Origin: an uncultured delta proteobacterium
GTDB taxonomy: Bacteria; Desulfobacterota; BSN033; UBA1163
Length of the DNA stretch: 64,000 nt
Direction: 5' to 3'
Assembly: GCA_963827685.1 (NCBI GenBank)
Contig: CAWHBU010000001.1
Span: forward strand, 288,001 to 352,000
Every line of letters begins with the position of its first letter. The stretch's first letter is position 1. A program made the position numbers and the translations under genes. This document shows, in pieces, positions 8,614 to 19,009 of this stretch. The notes beneath the pieces were generated by a model. It saw nothing but the letters and a program-made list of their open reading frames with translations. It ran no database searches and was not told the DNA's origin.

Positions 8614-10251
8614 ATGCAACGAGAAGTGATCAAAGCGAATATCGTCGTCTTTATTGCCAGTTTCTGCACGCTGGTCATTGAATTGGTGGCAGGAAGAATC
8701 ATGGCCCCCTATGTCGGAGTTTCCCTCTATACCTGGACAAGTATCATTGGAGTGGTGCTTGCCGGCATTAGCATCGGAGCCTATCTGGGTGGCCGGATTG
8801 CCGATCGATATCCCCGCTCCTCCACCCTCGGCTGGCTCCTCTTTTTTTCAGGCTTAGGGGCATTTTCCATCTCACCGTTGACCAATTTAATTGGCGGGGC
8901 CGAATTTCACACGACTCTGATGTCACGGATCCTGCTGATCACCACCATCGTCTTTTTTGTCCCCTCCTGTCTTCTCGGAATGATCTCGCCTGTCGTCGTC
9001 AAATTAACCCTCAACAACCTTGAGAAGACAGGCAATGTTGTTGGAAAGATCTATGCCTTTTCTACCCTCGGTTCCATTCTCGGGACATTTGCGACGGGAT
9101 TCTTTCTCATCTCCTGGATGGGGACTCGCTACATCCTTTTGACAATGGGGATCATCCTTATCATTTCTGCTTTAATCTTTGGGGGTTTTTTCAGAGGTAA
9201 GAAAGCCGTTACTCTCTTTCTCTTCTTCCTCTTTCTTTCGGCTCTCCTACCCGTCATAGGATTTTACGTTTACGCCACGACCAACTCAGAGGAAATTTCC
9301 TTTCCCACTTCTCCCATTGAATCCATCAAACAATCCTATACCTTTGCCTTCAAGCCTCCCTTAGATGAGGAGACCTATTTCTTTAACGAGAGCGACTACT
9401 ATACGATCAAACTAAAGAAGAGTATTAAAGGGAACAACGGAAATTCCTTAGAGTCTCTTGTCCTCGATCATCTGGTTCATTCTTATACTGACTTGAAGGA
9501 CCCCTTCTATCTTGAGTATGAATACATCCGAATATATGAAGAGATGGTGAGATGGCAGGCCAAGAAACGGGAATCTTTCAAAACCCTCTTTCTGGGGGGA
9601 GGAGGATATACCTTTCCTCGTTTTATGGAGGCAAAGTATCCTAAGGCAGAGATCCATGTGGTGGAAATCGATCCGGAGATCACCCGAATGGTAAAAAAAT
9701 ATCTGGGCGTCTCTGAGAATACCAAAATCCGTACCTTCAATGAGGATGGCCGCTGGTTTGTGATGAATTGTAAGGAGAGGGGGACCTATGATTTTATCTT
9801 TGGAGATGCCTTCAATGATCTTTCGATTCCTTATCACCTGACCACCAAAGAATTTGCCATGCTACTAAAAAGTCTTCTCAAACCAGATGGGGTGCTGATG
9901 GCCAATGTGATCGATAGTTTTAAACAAGGAGCCTTTATGCCCTCCTATATCCGGACCTTAGAAGAGGTGTTTGGAAAGGGGAATGTCCACCTCATGACTC
10001 TTACTTCGGATTATGATCATATCGGGATCAGTACCTTTGTGGTGGTGGCGAGTCCACGGAAGTTAGACATGGATGATTTCGTCAGGAAAGTGAAAGGAAA
10101 GGGAGGAGAGATGACCTCCCATGTCATGTCTCAAGACCAATTGCAGGAATTCTTAAAAAATCGTCACTCTGTGATTCTTACGGATGATTATGTACCCGTG
10201 GATAATTTGATCGCCCCCATCTTCGAAGAACGATTCGGATATCGGCAATGA
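8614..10251 (+). CDS. Fused membrane domain / spermidine synthase-like SAM-dependent transferase
   Basis: N-terminal TM domain (ELVAGRIMAPYVG); LFLGGGG, VEIDP, DFIFGDAF, LTDDYVPVD. Confidence 0.9.
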   Translation: MQREVIKANIVVFIASFCTLVIELVAGRIMAPYVGVSLYTWTSIIGVVLAGISIGAYLGGRIADRYPRSSTLGWLLFFSGLGAFSISPLTNLIGGAEFHTTLMSRILLITTIVFFVPSCLLGMISPVVVKLTLNNLEKTGNVVGKIYAFSTLGSILGTFATGFFLISWMGTRYILLTMGIILIISALIFGGFFRGKKAVTLFLFFLFLSALLPVIGFYVYATTNSEEISFPTSPIESIKQSYTFAFKPPLDEETYFFNESDYYTIKLKKSIKGNNGNSLESLVLDHLVHSYTDLKDPFYLEYEYIRIYEEMVRWQAKKRESFKTLFLGGGGYTFPRFMEAKYPKAEIHVVEIDPEITRMVKKYLGVSENTKIRTFNEDGRWFVMNCKERGTYDFIFGDAFNDLSIPYHLTTKEFAMLLKSLLKPDGVLMANVIDSFKQGAFMPSYIRTLEEVFGKGNVHLMTLTSDYDHIGISTFVVVASPRKLDMDDFVRKVKGKGGEMTSHVMSQDQLQEFLKNRHSVILTDDYVPVDNLIAPIFEERFGYRQ

Positions 10252-10408
10252 GGGATCGATCCGATCCGATGACAAGACATGTAGTTCTTTCAAGAAATTT
10301 CTGAAAAAGTCCAGAAATCCCTGATGTCCACTTTAGCACTGCCCAGATTGACAGAGATGAGGCCCCCGGATAAAATGAAAATGAACCTCTTGTGAGAAGG
10401 ATGAGTGA

Positions 10409-11617
10409 ATGGAAGATAAAAGAGACTTTGTGATGGTGACCGTGTCCGGTCCAGACCAGCCAGGAATCACCGCCACGTTCGGCAGGATTCTCGTGGAGAA
10501 TCAGGTGGAGATCGTGGATATCGAACAGGCCTCTCTTCAGGATTTTCTTGGGCTCTCCTTCCTCTTGGACATGAGCGGAGCAAAGCAGTCCAAGGATGGC
10601 GTTCTGAAGGACCTTCTCTTTGAAGCCAGTCGGCTTCATCTGACGCTTAATTTCCGGCTTTTCTCCGAGAAAGAATTGAAGGCCAGAAATAACAAGAACC
10701 TTTTTATTCTGACTTATTTTGGGGATACCCGGGCTCTGGCAGAGATTTCAAATATCCTGGCGGAGGAAAATGCCAATATCGAAATGATCAGTAATCTGAC
10801 TCGTCACTGTGCAAGTTGTGTGGAGCTGACCATCGATGTGAACGGGGTGAAGAACCTCGGCCATCTGAAGGAAAGAGTGATCGCCAAAAGCCATGAACTC
10901 AATATCGATCTCGCCCTCCAGAAGATGGAGGCCTATCGCAAAAACAAACGTCTCGTCTTTTTCGACATGGACAGCACCCTGGTGGATATGGAGATCATTG
11001 ACGAGATGGCCCAAAGGGCAGGGGTCTTCAGAGAGGTTTCAAGAATTACAGAGAAGGCAAGGAGAGGAGATATCGATTTTGAAGAAGCCCTGATCCAGCG
11101 TGTGGCACTTCTTAAAGGATTGAAGATTGAGGAATTAGAGAAGATACGCAGCGAGATGAGGCTCTCCGAAGGAGCTGAAGATTTGGTGGAGACGCTCAAG
11201 GGATTGGGCTATAAACTGGGTTTGGTGAGCGGAGGATTCGATTACTTTGCTAATTTTCTGAAGGATAGATTAAGTTTAGATTTTTCCTTTGCCAATCAAC
11301 TGGAGATCAAGAACGGAGCCCTGACCGGTAAAGTGTTAGGAAAGATTGTGGACAATACTTACAAGGCAAAGATCGTCAACATGGTTTCCGGCGAGGAGGG
11401 GGTGCTTCTAGATCAGACCGTCGCCATTGGCGATGGGGCCAATGATGTGTTGATGTTAGGTCAAGCCGGTTTGGGCATTGCTTACAATGCGAAGGAAAAA
11501 GTCGAGCGAGCAGCCAACATGAGCCTGCGCCGAACTCGCCTTAAGAATATCCTCTATATCTTAGGCATTTCAGAAGAAGAAATGGGTTCCTCAAGTCTTT
11601 GTAATGGCCCTCTTTAA
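10409..11617 (+). CDS. serB: Phosphoserine phosphatase with ACT domains
   Basis: FDMDSTL, VSGGF, GDGAND HAD motifs; N-terminal GPDQPGIT ACT domain. Confidence 0.95.
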   Translation: MEDKRDFVMVTVSGPDQPGITATFGRILVENQVEIVDIEQASLQDFLGLSFLLDMSGAKQSKDGVLKDLLFEASRLHLTLNFRLFSEKELKARNNKNLFILTYFGDTRALAEISNILAEENANIEMISNLTRHCASCVELTIDVNGVKNLGHLKERVIAKSHELNIDLALQKMEAYRKNKRLVFFDMDSTLVDMEIIDEMAQRAGVFREVSRITEKARRGDIDFEEALIQRVALLKGLKIEELEKIRSEMRLSEGAEDLVETLKGLGYKLGLVSGGFDYFANFLKDRLSLDFSFANQLEIKNGALTGKVLGKIVDNTYKAKIVNMVSGEEGVLLDQTVAIGDGANDVLMLGQAGLGIAYNAKEKVERAANMSLRRTRLKNILYILGISEEEMGSSSLCNGPL

Positions 11618-11662
11618 TCCTCGGTAAAGCCGATTCCTTTCCATCTCAACGGGCAAAGATCC

Positions 11663-12569
11663 TTATTTCAAAAGGCGCCCAACGATCCTTGCTGGAACAA
11701 TCATCGCAAAAAAGGGGAGCATATACAAAGCGGCAAGAGCGGGCGCGAGAGGGCCGAAGAACTGCGACGAGAAAACGACAATCAATACATTATTCATGTT
11801 GGCAAAAGATATAGCCCCCGCCAACCGGTCTTCCTTTTTCATCCCCCAGGTCACTAAAATTCCAACCATATGATAGATGACCGATAAAACGAAAGCCACA
11901 AGAATGATCTCTACCACTTTGACAGGTGTCTCTATGAAAAAGGATGAGTATTTTGCAAAGACACCAAGGTTAATGCAAGCAAACATAGATAAAGATACGG
12001 GAAATTGCCCCTTCTTCAGTTTTTCCAAAGAGGAAGGATAAAGATAGCGCAGTAGAATGACTGCCAAAGCAGGTAGAAATATCACCATGGCTAAGATCTT
12101 CACCATAATCAAAAAAGAGATTTCGATTGTTTGCCCAATTAAGAGGGAGACCAGAGCCGGAAGGGAAAAGGGAGCCAAAAGAGAAGAAACGACCACCATC
12201 ATCAATACAAGCAATGTGGAAGCTTCTAAAAGGCCCGAAATGAAAGGGGCCGACCACACCTGTAGAAATTCCGGAGAGAAGTAAAACAGGCACAGCATAT
12301 TCCGGCCAAAGGGTTTGAGTCAACAAGAAAAGACTGATTGGAATGATACACAGTTTAAAAAAGCATAAGATAAAAAGGACGAAAGCTTTCTTTCTTACCT
12401 CATTAAAGGCTTGAAGAAAATCGATCTTCAAAAAACTGAAGAACAATAGAAACATCATGAAGTAGAGAGGATAGGGAGCAAAGATCCTTCCAAACGCTGG
12501 AAGTCCGATACCGACCCCCATCGAAGAAAAGATGACGAAAAGGAGGATGAAATCATTTTTCTGAAACAA
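11663..12569 (-). pseudogene. Bile acid:sodium symporter-family protein, frameshifted near 12243-12251 (pseudogene or sequence error)
   Basis: Two overlapping hydrophobic ORFs join into one BASS-like protein (...STGVV|(A/G)PFISGLL...) if one base is removed. Confidence 0.7.
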
Positions 12570-12611
12570 TATAGGGTTCCTTCGTTAATATAATTATTGG
12601 CTGGATCTCTG

Positions 12612-13271
12612 TCACTTTCGGTGTGGCGGCAAAAACAGTTCAGTTTTGGGGGAGTGGATAACAACCGCTATGTGAACGATCGCATGAGTTATTGGTGAGC
12701 CTATTGGATTGGCTGATACCAAAGTCGGAATGGAAATAATGGTATTTCCTATATTCGCCTGGATTACTTTCTTTGACCAAAAATCCGAGTAGCCCAAATG
12801 ATAAGCCGTAGTGAATACAAGAATGAAAAGCCAGGCCAGAAGACCAAATGGTATTCTCTTTCCCAATGGTTTCTTTTCCACATCAAAGGCTCGCCAAGTA
12901 ACAATCCATGGGAATACTGACAAGAGTAAGCCGTCAATCGCTCCATAAACCAATCCTCTCCAGAATATTAACCAGGCTAAGTAAAGCCCTGTGAACTTTT
13001 CAGTTTGCGGCCTTGACAAAACATTCTGAACCATCAAGGCTCCGAAGATTAATCCGAGCAAGATTCCCCAAAACAATCTTCTGGAAAACCATTCTTTCAG
13101 ATTCAGCTGAGTTTTCTTTATGTAGATGGTGAAGAAAGTTATGATTATCGCAAAGTAGATGAGATAAAAAAGGTCCAGGGGCAAGGTCATTAGATCGCCA
13201 AAAATAAAAGAAGTGCCGAAACCTACCAGCGCCCCTAATACTATCCATTTGAGATGCCCAGGATTATTCAT
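12612..13271 (-). CDS. Hypothetical multi-pass membrane protein
   Basis: 219-aa hydrophobic ORF with GGAG RBS; family not recognised. Confidence 0.75.
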   Translation of the reverse strand: MNNPGHLKWIVLGALVGFGTSFIFGDLMTLPLDLFYLIYFAIIITFFTIYIKKTQLNLKEWFSRRLFWGILLGLIFGALMVQNVLSRPQTEKFTGLYLAWLIFWRGLVYGAIDGLLLSVFPWIVTWRAFDVEKKPLGKRIPFGLLAWLFILVFTTAYHLGYSDFWSKKVIQANIGNTIISIPTLVSANPIGSPITHAIVHIAVVIHSPKTELFLPPHRK

Positions 13272-13413
13272 GGTGGTTTCTCCGTTTCATTTAGTTTTGT
13301 CGCGGCCTAATCCCTGTGCAGAGAGTAGACTCGGTTACCCAATCTTCCCAATAGCATATATTTCCGATCAGATCAATTCAGCACTCCGATTCCTAGGATG
13401 GACTAATAATCCC

Positions 13414-13464
13414 TTGACAGCAGATTCATATTTGCTATAATTTATTTAGTAACACTAAGTAACA
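13414..13464 (+). promoter_or_regulatory. Sigma70-type promoter and probable antitoxin operator
   Basis: TTGACA (13414) -16 nt- TATAAT (13436), then AGTAACA direct repeats at 13448 and 13458. Confidence 0.65.
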
Positions 13465-13477
13465 ACAAAGGAGCACT

Positions 13478-13714
13478 ATGGCCAGAACAACAAGAACCAT
13501 AACCCTGTCTTTGCCTCCTGAAATGGTGGATAAGATTGAGGAGCTAATGAAAGAAGAGGGCAGGACAAGAAGCGAGCTCTTGAGAGAAGCCCTCCGGAGA
13601 TATGCTGAGGAACAGGAATGGAAAAAGATCTACCGTTATGGAGAGATGAAGGCCAGGGAAAAGGGAATCACCGAAGATCAAGTAGAAGATATTATTGATG
13701 CCCACCGAAAGTAA
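13478..13714 (+). CDS. CopG/ribbon-helix-helix antitoxin
   Basis: ITLSLPPEM...RTRSELLREALRRY; directly upstream of a PIN gene. Confidence 0.88.
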   Translation: MARTTRTITLSLPPEMVDKIEELMKEEGRTRSELLREALRRYAEEQEWKKIYRYGEMKAREKGITEDQVEDIIDAHRK

Positions 13715-14126
13715 ATCAAAACCAAAGGTGGTAATCGACACCAACGTCTTCGTCTCTGGGTTAACTTTCAAAGGCAAGCCACGAGAGGTCTTAGATTTGG
13801 TTTGGAGAGGGGACATAGAAGCCTATATTTCCACTTTTATTTTAAAAGAATTGGAAGAAACTCTTAAGAAGGATTTCGGTTGGGACAAAGATCAAATTAA
13901 GCACACAACGCAAAAAATCAAGGCAAAGGTAATCCTGGTCTACCCGAAGGACAAGGTCTCTGTTATTAAAGAGAAGGATGATGATAACCGCATTTTAGAA
14001 TGTGCCATCGAAGGAAAGGTTCAATACCTCATTTCTGGTGACCGAAAGCATCTTCTACCTTTGAAAGAATATAAAGGGATAAAGATACTATCGCCTGCCG
14101 AGTTTCTAAAACTCTTGTTCTTATAG
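13695..14126 (+). CDS. PIN-domain toxin (VapC-like)
   Basis: VVIDTNVFVS, DDNRILECA, LISGDRKHLL. Confidence 0.9.
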   Translation: MMPTESKSKPKVVIDTNVFVSGLTFKGKPREVLDLVWRGDIEAYISTFILKELEETLKKDFGWDKDQIKHTTQKIKAKVILVYPKDKVSVIKEKDDDNRILECAIEGKVQYLISGDRKHLLPLKEYKGIKILSPAEFLKLLFL

Positions 14127-14221
14127 CTGCAACGTTTACTGCTCATGCAGGAGGACCACGTAGAGAGGAAGAATATGGCCACCCAAGCAAAATCTAAGAC
14201 AGGAAAAAAGACTAAAGCCAT

Positions 14222-14605
14222 CTCTTGAAAATCTGTCAGGATGGAAAGAGGAAGCTTCGCGCTCCAGGCATATCGCCTCAGTTGATAGGCAGGACTTGTC
14301 TGGCTTTTGATATCAATGGAAGGTTTTTTGGTTTCAAGGAAAAACTTTCTAACACCCCCGATGCGAAAGCAGTAATCCGGCGCTTTAGTCGCCCCAGAAA
14401 TCTTAATCGCATCCTCATGGATGATGTCCTTATACTGTTCTGCGTATCCTGCCTTATTGGTCACATCCCAACCCAGGGCTTCAAAAAATGGATCGACGAA
14501 TTCTATTCGCAGTTGGGTCTCGTTATAGGCAGGACTATGGTAGGCGTCGATGTTACGTTGAAAGCGTTCAACGAGATCAGATATTTGTTTAAAGGCTTCT
14601 CTCAT
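14222..14605 (-). pseudogene. N-terminal fragment of a type IIG/HsdR_N-like restriction-modification enzyme
   Basis: YNETQLRIEFVDPFFEALGWD, APDYCF, FFLETKKP, YQLRRYAWSAKL, ILTDFQE; similarity stops abruptly. Confidence 0.8.
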
Positions 14606-14657
14606 GGGTGGATTTGAGCCTATTATAGTTTTTTGAGGGAAGGGTGTAAAGGAATAA

Positions 14658-14837
14658 TTAGATTTTGCCTTGGCGGAAGGCTTCTTGGATTTCAATTGTC
14701 TTTTTGGGAAGGAGTCTTCTCATTTTATTTGCGTAGAAAAGCCACTTTAAGCGGCGGTCCAGAGGCCATTTCCTATATTCATCAATCTGCTCTCTGCTTA
14801 CAGTATACGTAAAACCTTTCTTTTGCACTTCCTTCAT
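14658..14837 (-). CDS. 59-aa small protein (MKEVQKKGFTYTVSREQIDEY...RRLKWL...), probable partner of a nucleotidyltransferase
   Basis: Below the ORF-track length cutoff; GGAG RBS; ATGA overlap with the upstream remnant. Confidence 0.65.
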   Translation of the reverse strand: MKEVQKKGFTYTVSREQIDEYRKWPLDRRLKWLFYANKMRRLLPKKTIEIQEAFRQGKI

Positions 14838-14887
14838 CTCTCCAGCACCATCTTGAGATGTTCTACATCTGCAAGGTCCTGTTGCAT
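14834..14887 (-). pseudogene. C-terminal remnant of a nucleotidyltransferase-like gene (QQDLADVEHLKMVLER*)
   Basis: Resembles the R-x-QDLAD-x-E-x-L terminus of small nucleotidyltransferases; truncated next to a REP. Confidence 0.45.
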
Positions 14888-14893
14888 AACTTG

Positions 14894-14946
14894 GTTCCCC
14901 CTCCCCTTTATCCCCTCCCGTCAGGGGAGGGGATAAAGAGGGGAAT
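14894..14946. repeat. CCCCTCCC...GGGAGGGG REP-like palindrome
   Basis: cccctcccgtcaggggagggg; same family as 25878, 27160, 56961. Confidence 0.75.
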
Positions 14947-15147
14947 CCAGATGAAAATATTCGTAAGGGTTGGGATCAATGTACCAAAACTCATGAACCT
15001 TATCAAGGGGTTCTTACGTGAGCATTTTTCGCCGCCAGTAAATGACGGCGCACAATTCTGAGATTGTTTCTCCTACTTAAAGCGGGATCGCAATGACCAA
15101 GGGTGGAGATTTGACAAACTTGACCAAAAGGCGATAATTTGGGGACG

Positions 15148-17571
15148 ATGAAAGAAATTGTTGAAGTGGCTGTCGGCCTTCCTGTTTTTAAGACATTCCA
15201 CTATCGCATTCCAGAAAAAATGATGGGCTCTCTCCGGGTTGGGATGAGGGTGCTCGTTCCTTTCAAAGGGAGAAAGGTCACGGGTTTTTCAATCGATCTT
15301 TTAGAACAGCCTCCAAAAGGGGTAGAGGAGAAGTTACGGGAGGTTGAGGATCTCCTCGATGAAGCCCCTTTGATCGATCCTCAAATGCTCCGCCTTTATC
15401 GCTGGATTTCCGATTACTACCTTTATCCATTGGGAGAAGTGATCAAGACCGGCCTTCCGCCAGGACTTCAACTGAAGAGCGAACTGATTCTGAGCCTTAC
15501 TCAAGATGGGATGGAATCTCTCGCCCAAGAGGGATTGGAACCGATTCAGGAAAAGGTCTTTAAGGAAATTGGAAGATGTGGGAAAGGCTCTTTAAGAAAA
15601 ATCTTAAGAATGTTTCTCGGAGAGGTGTCGAGGTCTCAGCTCTTTTCCTGGAAGAGAAAAGGACTTCTCAATATTGAAGCCGGGATAGAAGGAAAAGAGG
15701 TCAAACCGAAATTTGAGAAGGTGATCGCGTATCAAGGGGGTGAGCCAACCCAACCGATTTCAAAAAAGCAGGCAGAGATTCTGAACTGGATAAAAGAGAA
15801 AGGAGACATTTCCTATTCCGAATTGAGCAAAAGATTTAAATCCCCTTCCAAATCCATCCAATCCCTTCATGTCAAAGGACTCGTCTCACTCTCCAGGAGA
15901 GAGGTCTGCCGTGATCTTTCTGTTCGGTCTGAACTCAAGCCTTATCCAAAGCCTGAGCCTACTTCTGATCAAGAAGCCATTCTCGTCGAGATCCTAAAGG
16001 GAATCCATTCGAAGCGATTTTCTCCGTTTCTGATTTACGGTGTCACTGGGAGCGGGAAGACGGAGATTTACCTTCGGGCCATTGAAGAAGTGTTGATCCA
16101 AGGCCGGGAAGCGATTGTCCTGGTTCCGGAGATATCCCTGACCCCACAACTTCTCTCCCGATTCAAGGATCGGTTTGGAGAGAACCTTGCTCTCCTTCAC
16201 AGCGGGCTTGGAAGGGGAGAGCGTTATGATCAATGGAGAAGAATCTGGAAGGGAGAGGTGAAGATTGCCATGGGGGCTCGGTCTGCCATCTTCGCTCCCT
16301 TTAAACGTGTGGGAATCATTATCGTGGATGAAGAGCATGATCCCTCTTACAAACAGGAGGAGAAGTTAAAATATCATGCCAGGGATGTGGCCGTAGTCCG
16401 CGCGAAACAGGTTGAGGCAACACTCCTCTTAGGGTCTGCAACCCCGTCTTTGGAATCGTTTTATAACACCGAGAAGGGAAAGTTTCGTCTCCTCAATCTT
16501 CCTGAGAGGATTGAAGGAAGACCCCTCCCAAGGGTGGAAATAGTGGATGCGAAGAAGGAAGGAGGTCTCCTCTCGGAAAAATTAAGGGCAGCCCTGCAGA
16601 AAAACATTGAAGATAAGAAACAGAGTTTACTCTTTCTCAATCGCAGGGGGTTTGCCAATTTTATCCTCTGCCCGGAATGCGGCCACACCTTCAAATGCCC
16701 GAATTGCAGCGTGACGCTCACTTATCATCTCCGGGATCGCTCTCTCCAATGCCATTATTGTGATTACCGAATCCAGGCACCAGGAGATTGTCCGAAGTGT
16801 CAAGGCCACCGACTTCAAGGAATGGGGATTGGAACCGAACGCCTGGAGCAGGAAATTAGATTATTATTCCCGGAAACACAAGTGGGAAGGATGGATCGCG
16901 ACACCACCTCGCGACGAAGATCTCATCTACAGATTCTAAAGAGACTCGAATCCGGGAGTATTGACATCTTAGTGGGAACACAGATGATCGTTAAAGGTCA
17001 TGACTTCCCTAACGTGACTTTTGTCGGGGTGGTCTCTGCGGATACGTCCCTTCACTTTCCTGACTTTCGATCGAGTGAGAGAACCTTTCAACTTCTCACC
17101 CAGGTGGCAGGAAGGGCGGGAAGGGGGGAGGTTTTTGGAGAAGTGGTGATCCAGACCTTTAACCCAGACCATTATAGTATTCTCAAGGCAAAAGATCATG
17201 ACTATATCGGATTCTATCGGGAGGAAATTCAATTCCGGAAAGCCCTGGAATATCCTCCTTTCTCACGGTTCATCAATTTTAGATTGATTGGAAACAGCGA
17301 AAAAAGGACGAAGGGGATGGCAGAGGAAATGGGGAGGATCGGACAATCCTTATTGAAAAAGGGGTATGGAAAAGGGATTGAAATCTTAGGTCCAAGCAGT
17401 GCGCCTTTCGCCAAGATGAGAGGAAAATATCGGTGGCAGATGCTGGCCAAAGGGAAGAGTCCTCAGTGGCTTCATCAATTTGCTAAGGAATTAGCATCCA
17501 GAATGGAGGTTCAGATAAAGGGAAAGGGTGTTAATCTGGATATTGATGTGGATCCGGTTTTCATCCTATAA
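15148..17571 (+). CDS. priA: Primosomal protein N'
   Basis: GVTGSGKTE, DEEH, LNRRG, Cys-rich zinc region, QVAGRAGR, DVDP. Confidence 0.97.
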   Translation: MKEIVEVAVGLPVFKTFHYRIPEKMMGSLRVGMRVLVPFKGRKVTGFSIDLLEQPPKGVEEKLREVEDLLDEAPLIDPQMLRLYRWISDYYLYPLGEVIKTGLPPGLQLKSELILSLTQDGMESLAQEGLEPIQEKVFKEIGRCGKGSLRKILRMFLGEVSRSQLFSWKRKGLLNIEAGIEGKEVKPKFEKVIAYQGGEPTQPISKKQAEILNWIKEKGDISYSELSKRFKSPSKSIQSLHVKGLVSLSRREVCRDLSVRSELKPYPKPEPTSDQEAILVEILKGIHSKRFSPFLIYGVTGSGKTEIYLRAIEEVLIQGREAIVLVPEISLTPQLLSRFKDRFGENLALLHSGLGRGERYDQWRRIWKGEVKIAMGARSAIFAPFKRVGIIIVDEEHDPSYKQEEKLKYHARDVAVVRAKQVEATLLLGSATPSLESFYNTEKGKFRLLNLPERIEGRPLPRVEIVDAKKEGGLLSEKLRAALQKNIEDKKQSLLFLNRRGFANFILCPECGHTFKCPNCSVTLTYHLRDRSLQCHYCDYRIQAPGDCPKCQGHRLQGMGIGTERLEQEIRLLFPETQVGRMDRDTTSRRRSHLQILKRLESGSIDILVGTQMIVKGHDFPNVTFVGVVSADTSLHFPDFRSSERTFQLLTQVAGRAGRGEVFGEVVIQTFNPDHYSILKAKDHDYIGFYREEIQFRKALEYPPFSRFINFRLIGNSEKRTKGMAEEMGRIGQSLLKKGYGKGIEILGPSSAPFAKMRGKYRWQMLAKGKSPQWLHQFAKELASRMEVQIKGKGVNLDIDVDPVFIL

Positions 17572-17655
17572 TGGACGGAACTTTGCTTCGCAAAGGGAAT
17601 CATGAAATGATGGAATACTGAAATATTGGGTCAAATTGTTTGGAAAATAACTTTC

Positions 17656-17702
17656 AAATCCCCCCAACCCCCCTTTACTAAAGGGGGGAGAGGGGGGATT
17701 TT
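17656..17702. repeat. CCCCTTT-AAAGGGG palindromic repeat
   Basis: aaatccccccaaccccctttactaaaggggggagagggggattt. Confidence 0.75.
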
Positions 17703-17726
17703 CATTTTTCGAAAAAGAGGTTGATT

Positions 17727-19004
17727 ATGATTGATCGGTCGCGTGGTTATTTTCGAAGAGAAAAGGAGACAATGTCGAAGAAAAGACGAGAGGCTTATTT
17801 GAAGGAGAGGCTCTCTGAAATTCTTCGCTATGGATACCGTTATTCCAAGGCAATTCAGTCAAGGTTTGATGCCGTGGGGATCAAACCTGAGAAGGTAAAG
17901 GATCTCAAGGATCTGGAGAAATTGCCTGTCACCAAAAAAACAGATTTGGTCGCTTTACAGAAACAGACTCCTCCCTTTGGAGGTTTTGAGATCGTCCCTA
18001 AAAAGGGCATAAGAAGAATTTATATCTCACCTGGACCGGTGTTTGAACCCGGGGAGTGGGATTACAAGGATATCCGATGGGCTCAAGCGCTTTTCGCCTG
18101 CGGGTTAAGAAAAGGGGATGTTGTTCTAAATACCTTTAACTATCACCTTACTCCCTTGGCTCTCATGCTCGATGAATCACTCAAGATGCTGGGGGCATCT
18201 GTCGTTCCTGTTGGCCCGGGAAATCTCTCGATGCAAATTCAACTGATACGACAACTCCATGTGACAGGATTCCTTGGAACGCCCAGTTTCCTCATGTCCA
18301 TAACAGAGGCCGCCGAGGGAATGTCCCTTCACCTGAAAAAAGATCTTTCTCTGAAGGCCGCCTTTGTCGGTGCAGAAATGTTCCCGGAGTCACTCCGCCA
18401 GAAGTTGGAAGGGAAACTTGAGATCTTCATCCGGCAGGCTTATGGCACTGTGGATGTGGGTTGTCTTGGATACGAATGCCCGGAGAAGAAAGGGATGCAT
18501 ATTCCTGAGGACGTGATGGTGGAGATCGTTGACACGGAGACAGGAAGACAATTAGAGATCGGTGCGACGGGAGAGATCGTGGCTACTACCTTCAGCAAGG
18601 TCTTTCCGATGATTCGTTTCGCCACGGGAGACCTTTCTTATCTGATCGGAGATCCGTGTCCCTGCGGTCGAACTTCGCCTCGCTTAGGAAAAATACTGGG
18701 GCGCACAGATCAGGTGACCAAAGTTTGGGGAATCTTCATCCATCCCTGGCAGGTTGATGAAGTGATGGCGAGATTTCCATGGGTGGCGAATTACCAAATC
18801 GTCGTCACCAGAAAAGAATATCGTGACCAGATGACGATTTATATCGAATTGAAAGAGGAAGGTGCTGACCAGAGCAGCTTGAAAAGAAGGGTGGAAAAAG
18901 AGATGGAGGAAGTTCTCAAAGTGAAAGGTGAAGTGGTGTTTACTGTAAGAGGGGGCATTCCGGATCGAGCCAAAAAGATTGATGATCGGAGGATCTGGGA
19001 GTAG
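17727..19004 (+). CDS. Phenylacetate--CoA ligase-family protein (PaaK-like)
   Basis: LPVTKK, GTPSFL, YGTVD, GEIVAT, IRFATGD, CPCGRT, GRTD. Confidence 0.88.
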   Translation: MIDRSRGYFRREKETMSKKRREAYLKERLSEILRYGYRYSKAIQSRFDAVGIKPEKVKDLKDLEKLPVTKKTDLVALQKQTPPFGGFEIVPKKGIRRIYISPGPVFEPGEWDYKDIRWAQALFACGLRKGDVVLNTFNYHLTPLALMLDESLKMLGASVVPVGPGNLSMQIQLIRQLHVTGFLGTPSFLMSITEAAEGMSLHLKKDLSLKAAFVGAEMFPESLRQKLEGKLEIFIRQAYGTVDVGCLGYECPEKKGMHIPEDVMVEIVDTETGRQLEIGATGEIVATTFSKVFPMIRFATGDLSYLIGDPCPCGRTSPRLGKILGRTDQVTKVWGIFIHPWQVDEVMARFPWVANYQIVVTRKEYRDQMTIYIELKEEGADQSSLKRRVEKEMEEVLKVKGEVVFTVRGGIPDRAKKIDDRRIWE

Positions 19005-19009
19005 AAAGA

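Noticed and set aside
8119-8702. Short ORFs (72-86 aa) in the spacer before the spermidine-synthase-like gene
   Set aside because: They translate palindromic repeats (PPF.KG, PRLEG peptides) and have no independent coding evidence.
14021-14695. 224-aa ORF as a full gene
   Set aside because: Only about 14222-14605 is restriction-enzyme-like; the rest is read-through antisense to the PIN gene and upstream spacer.
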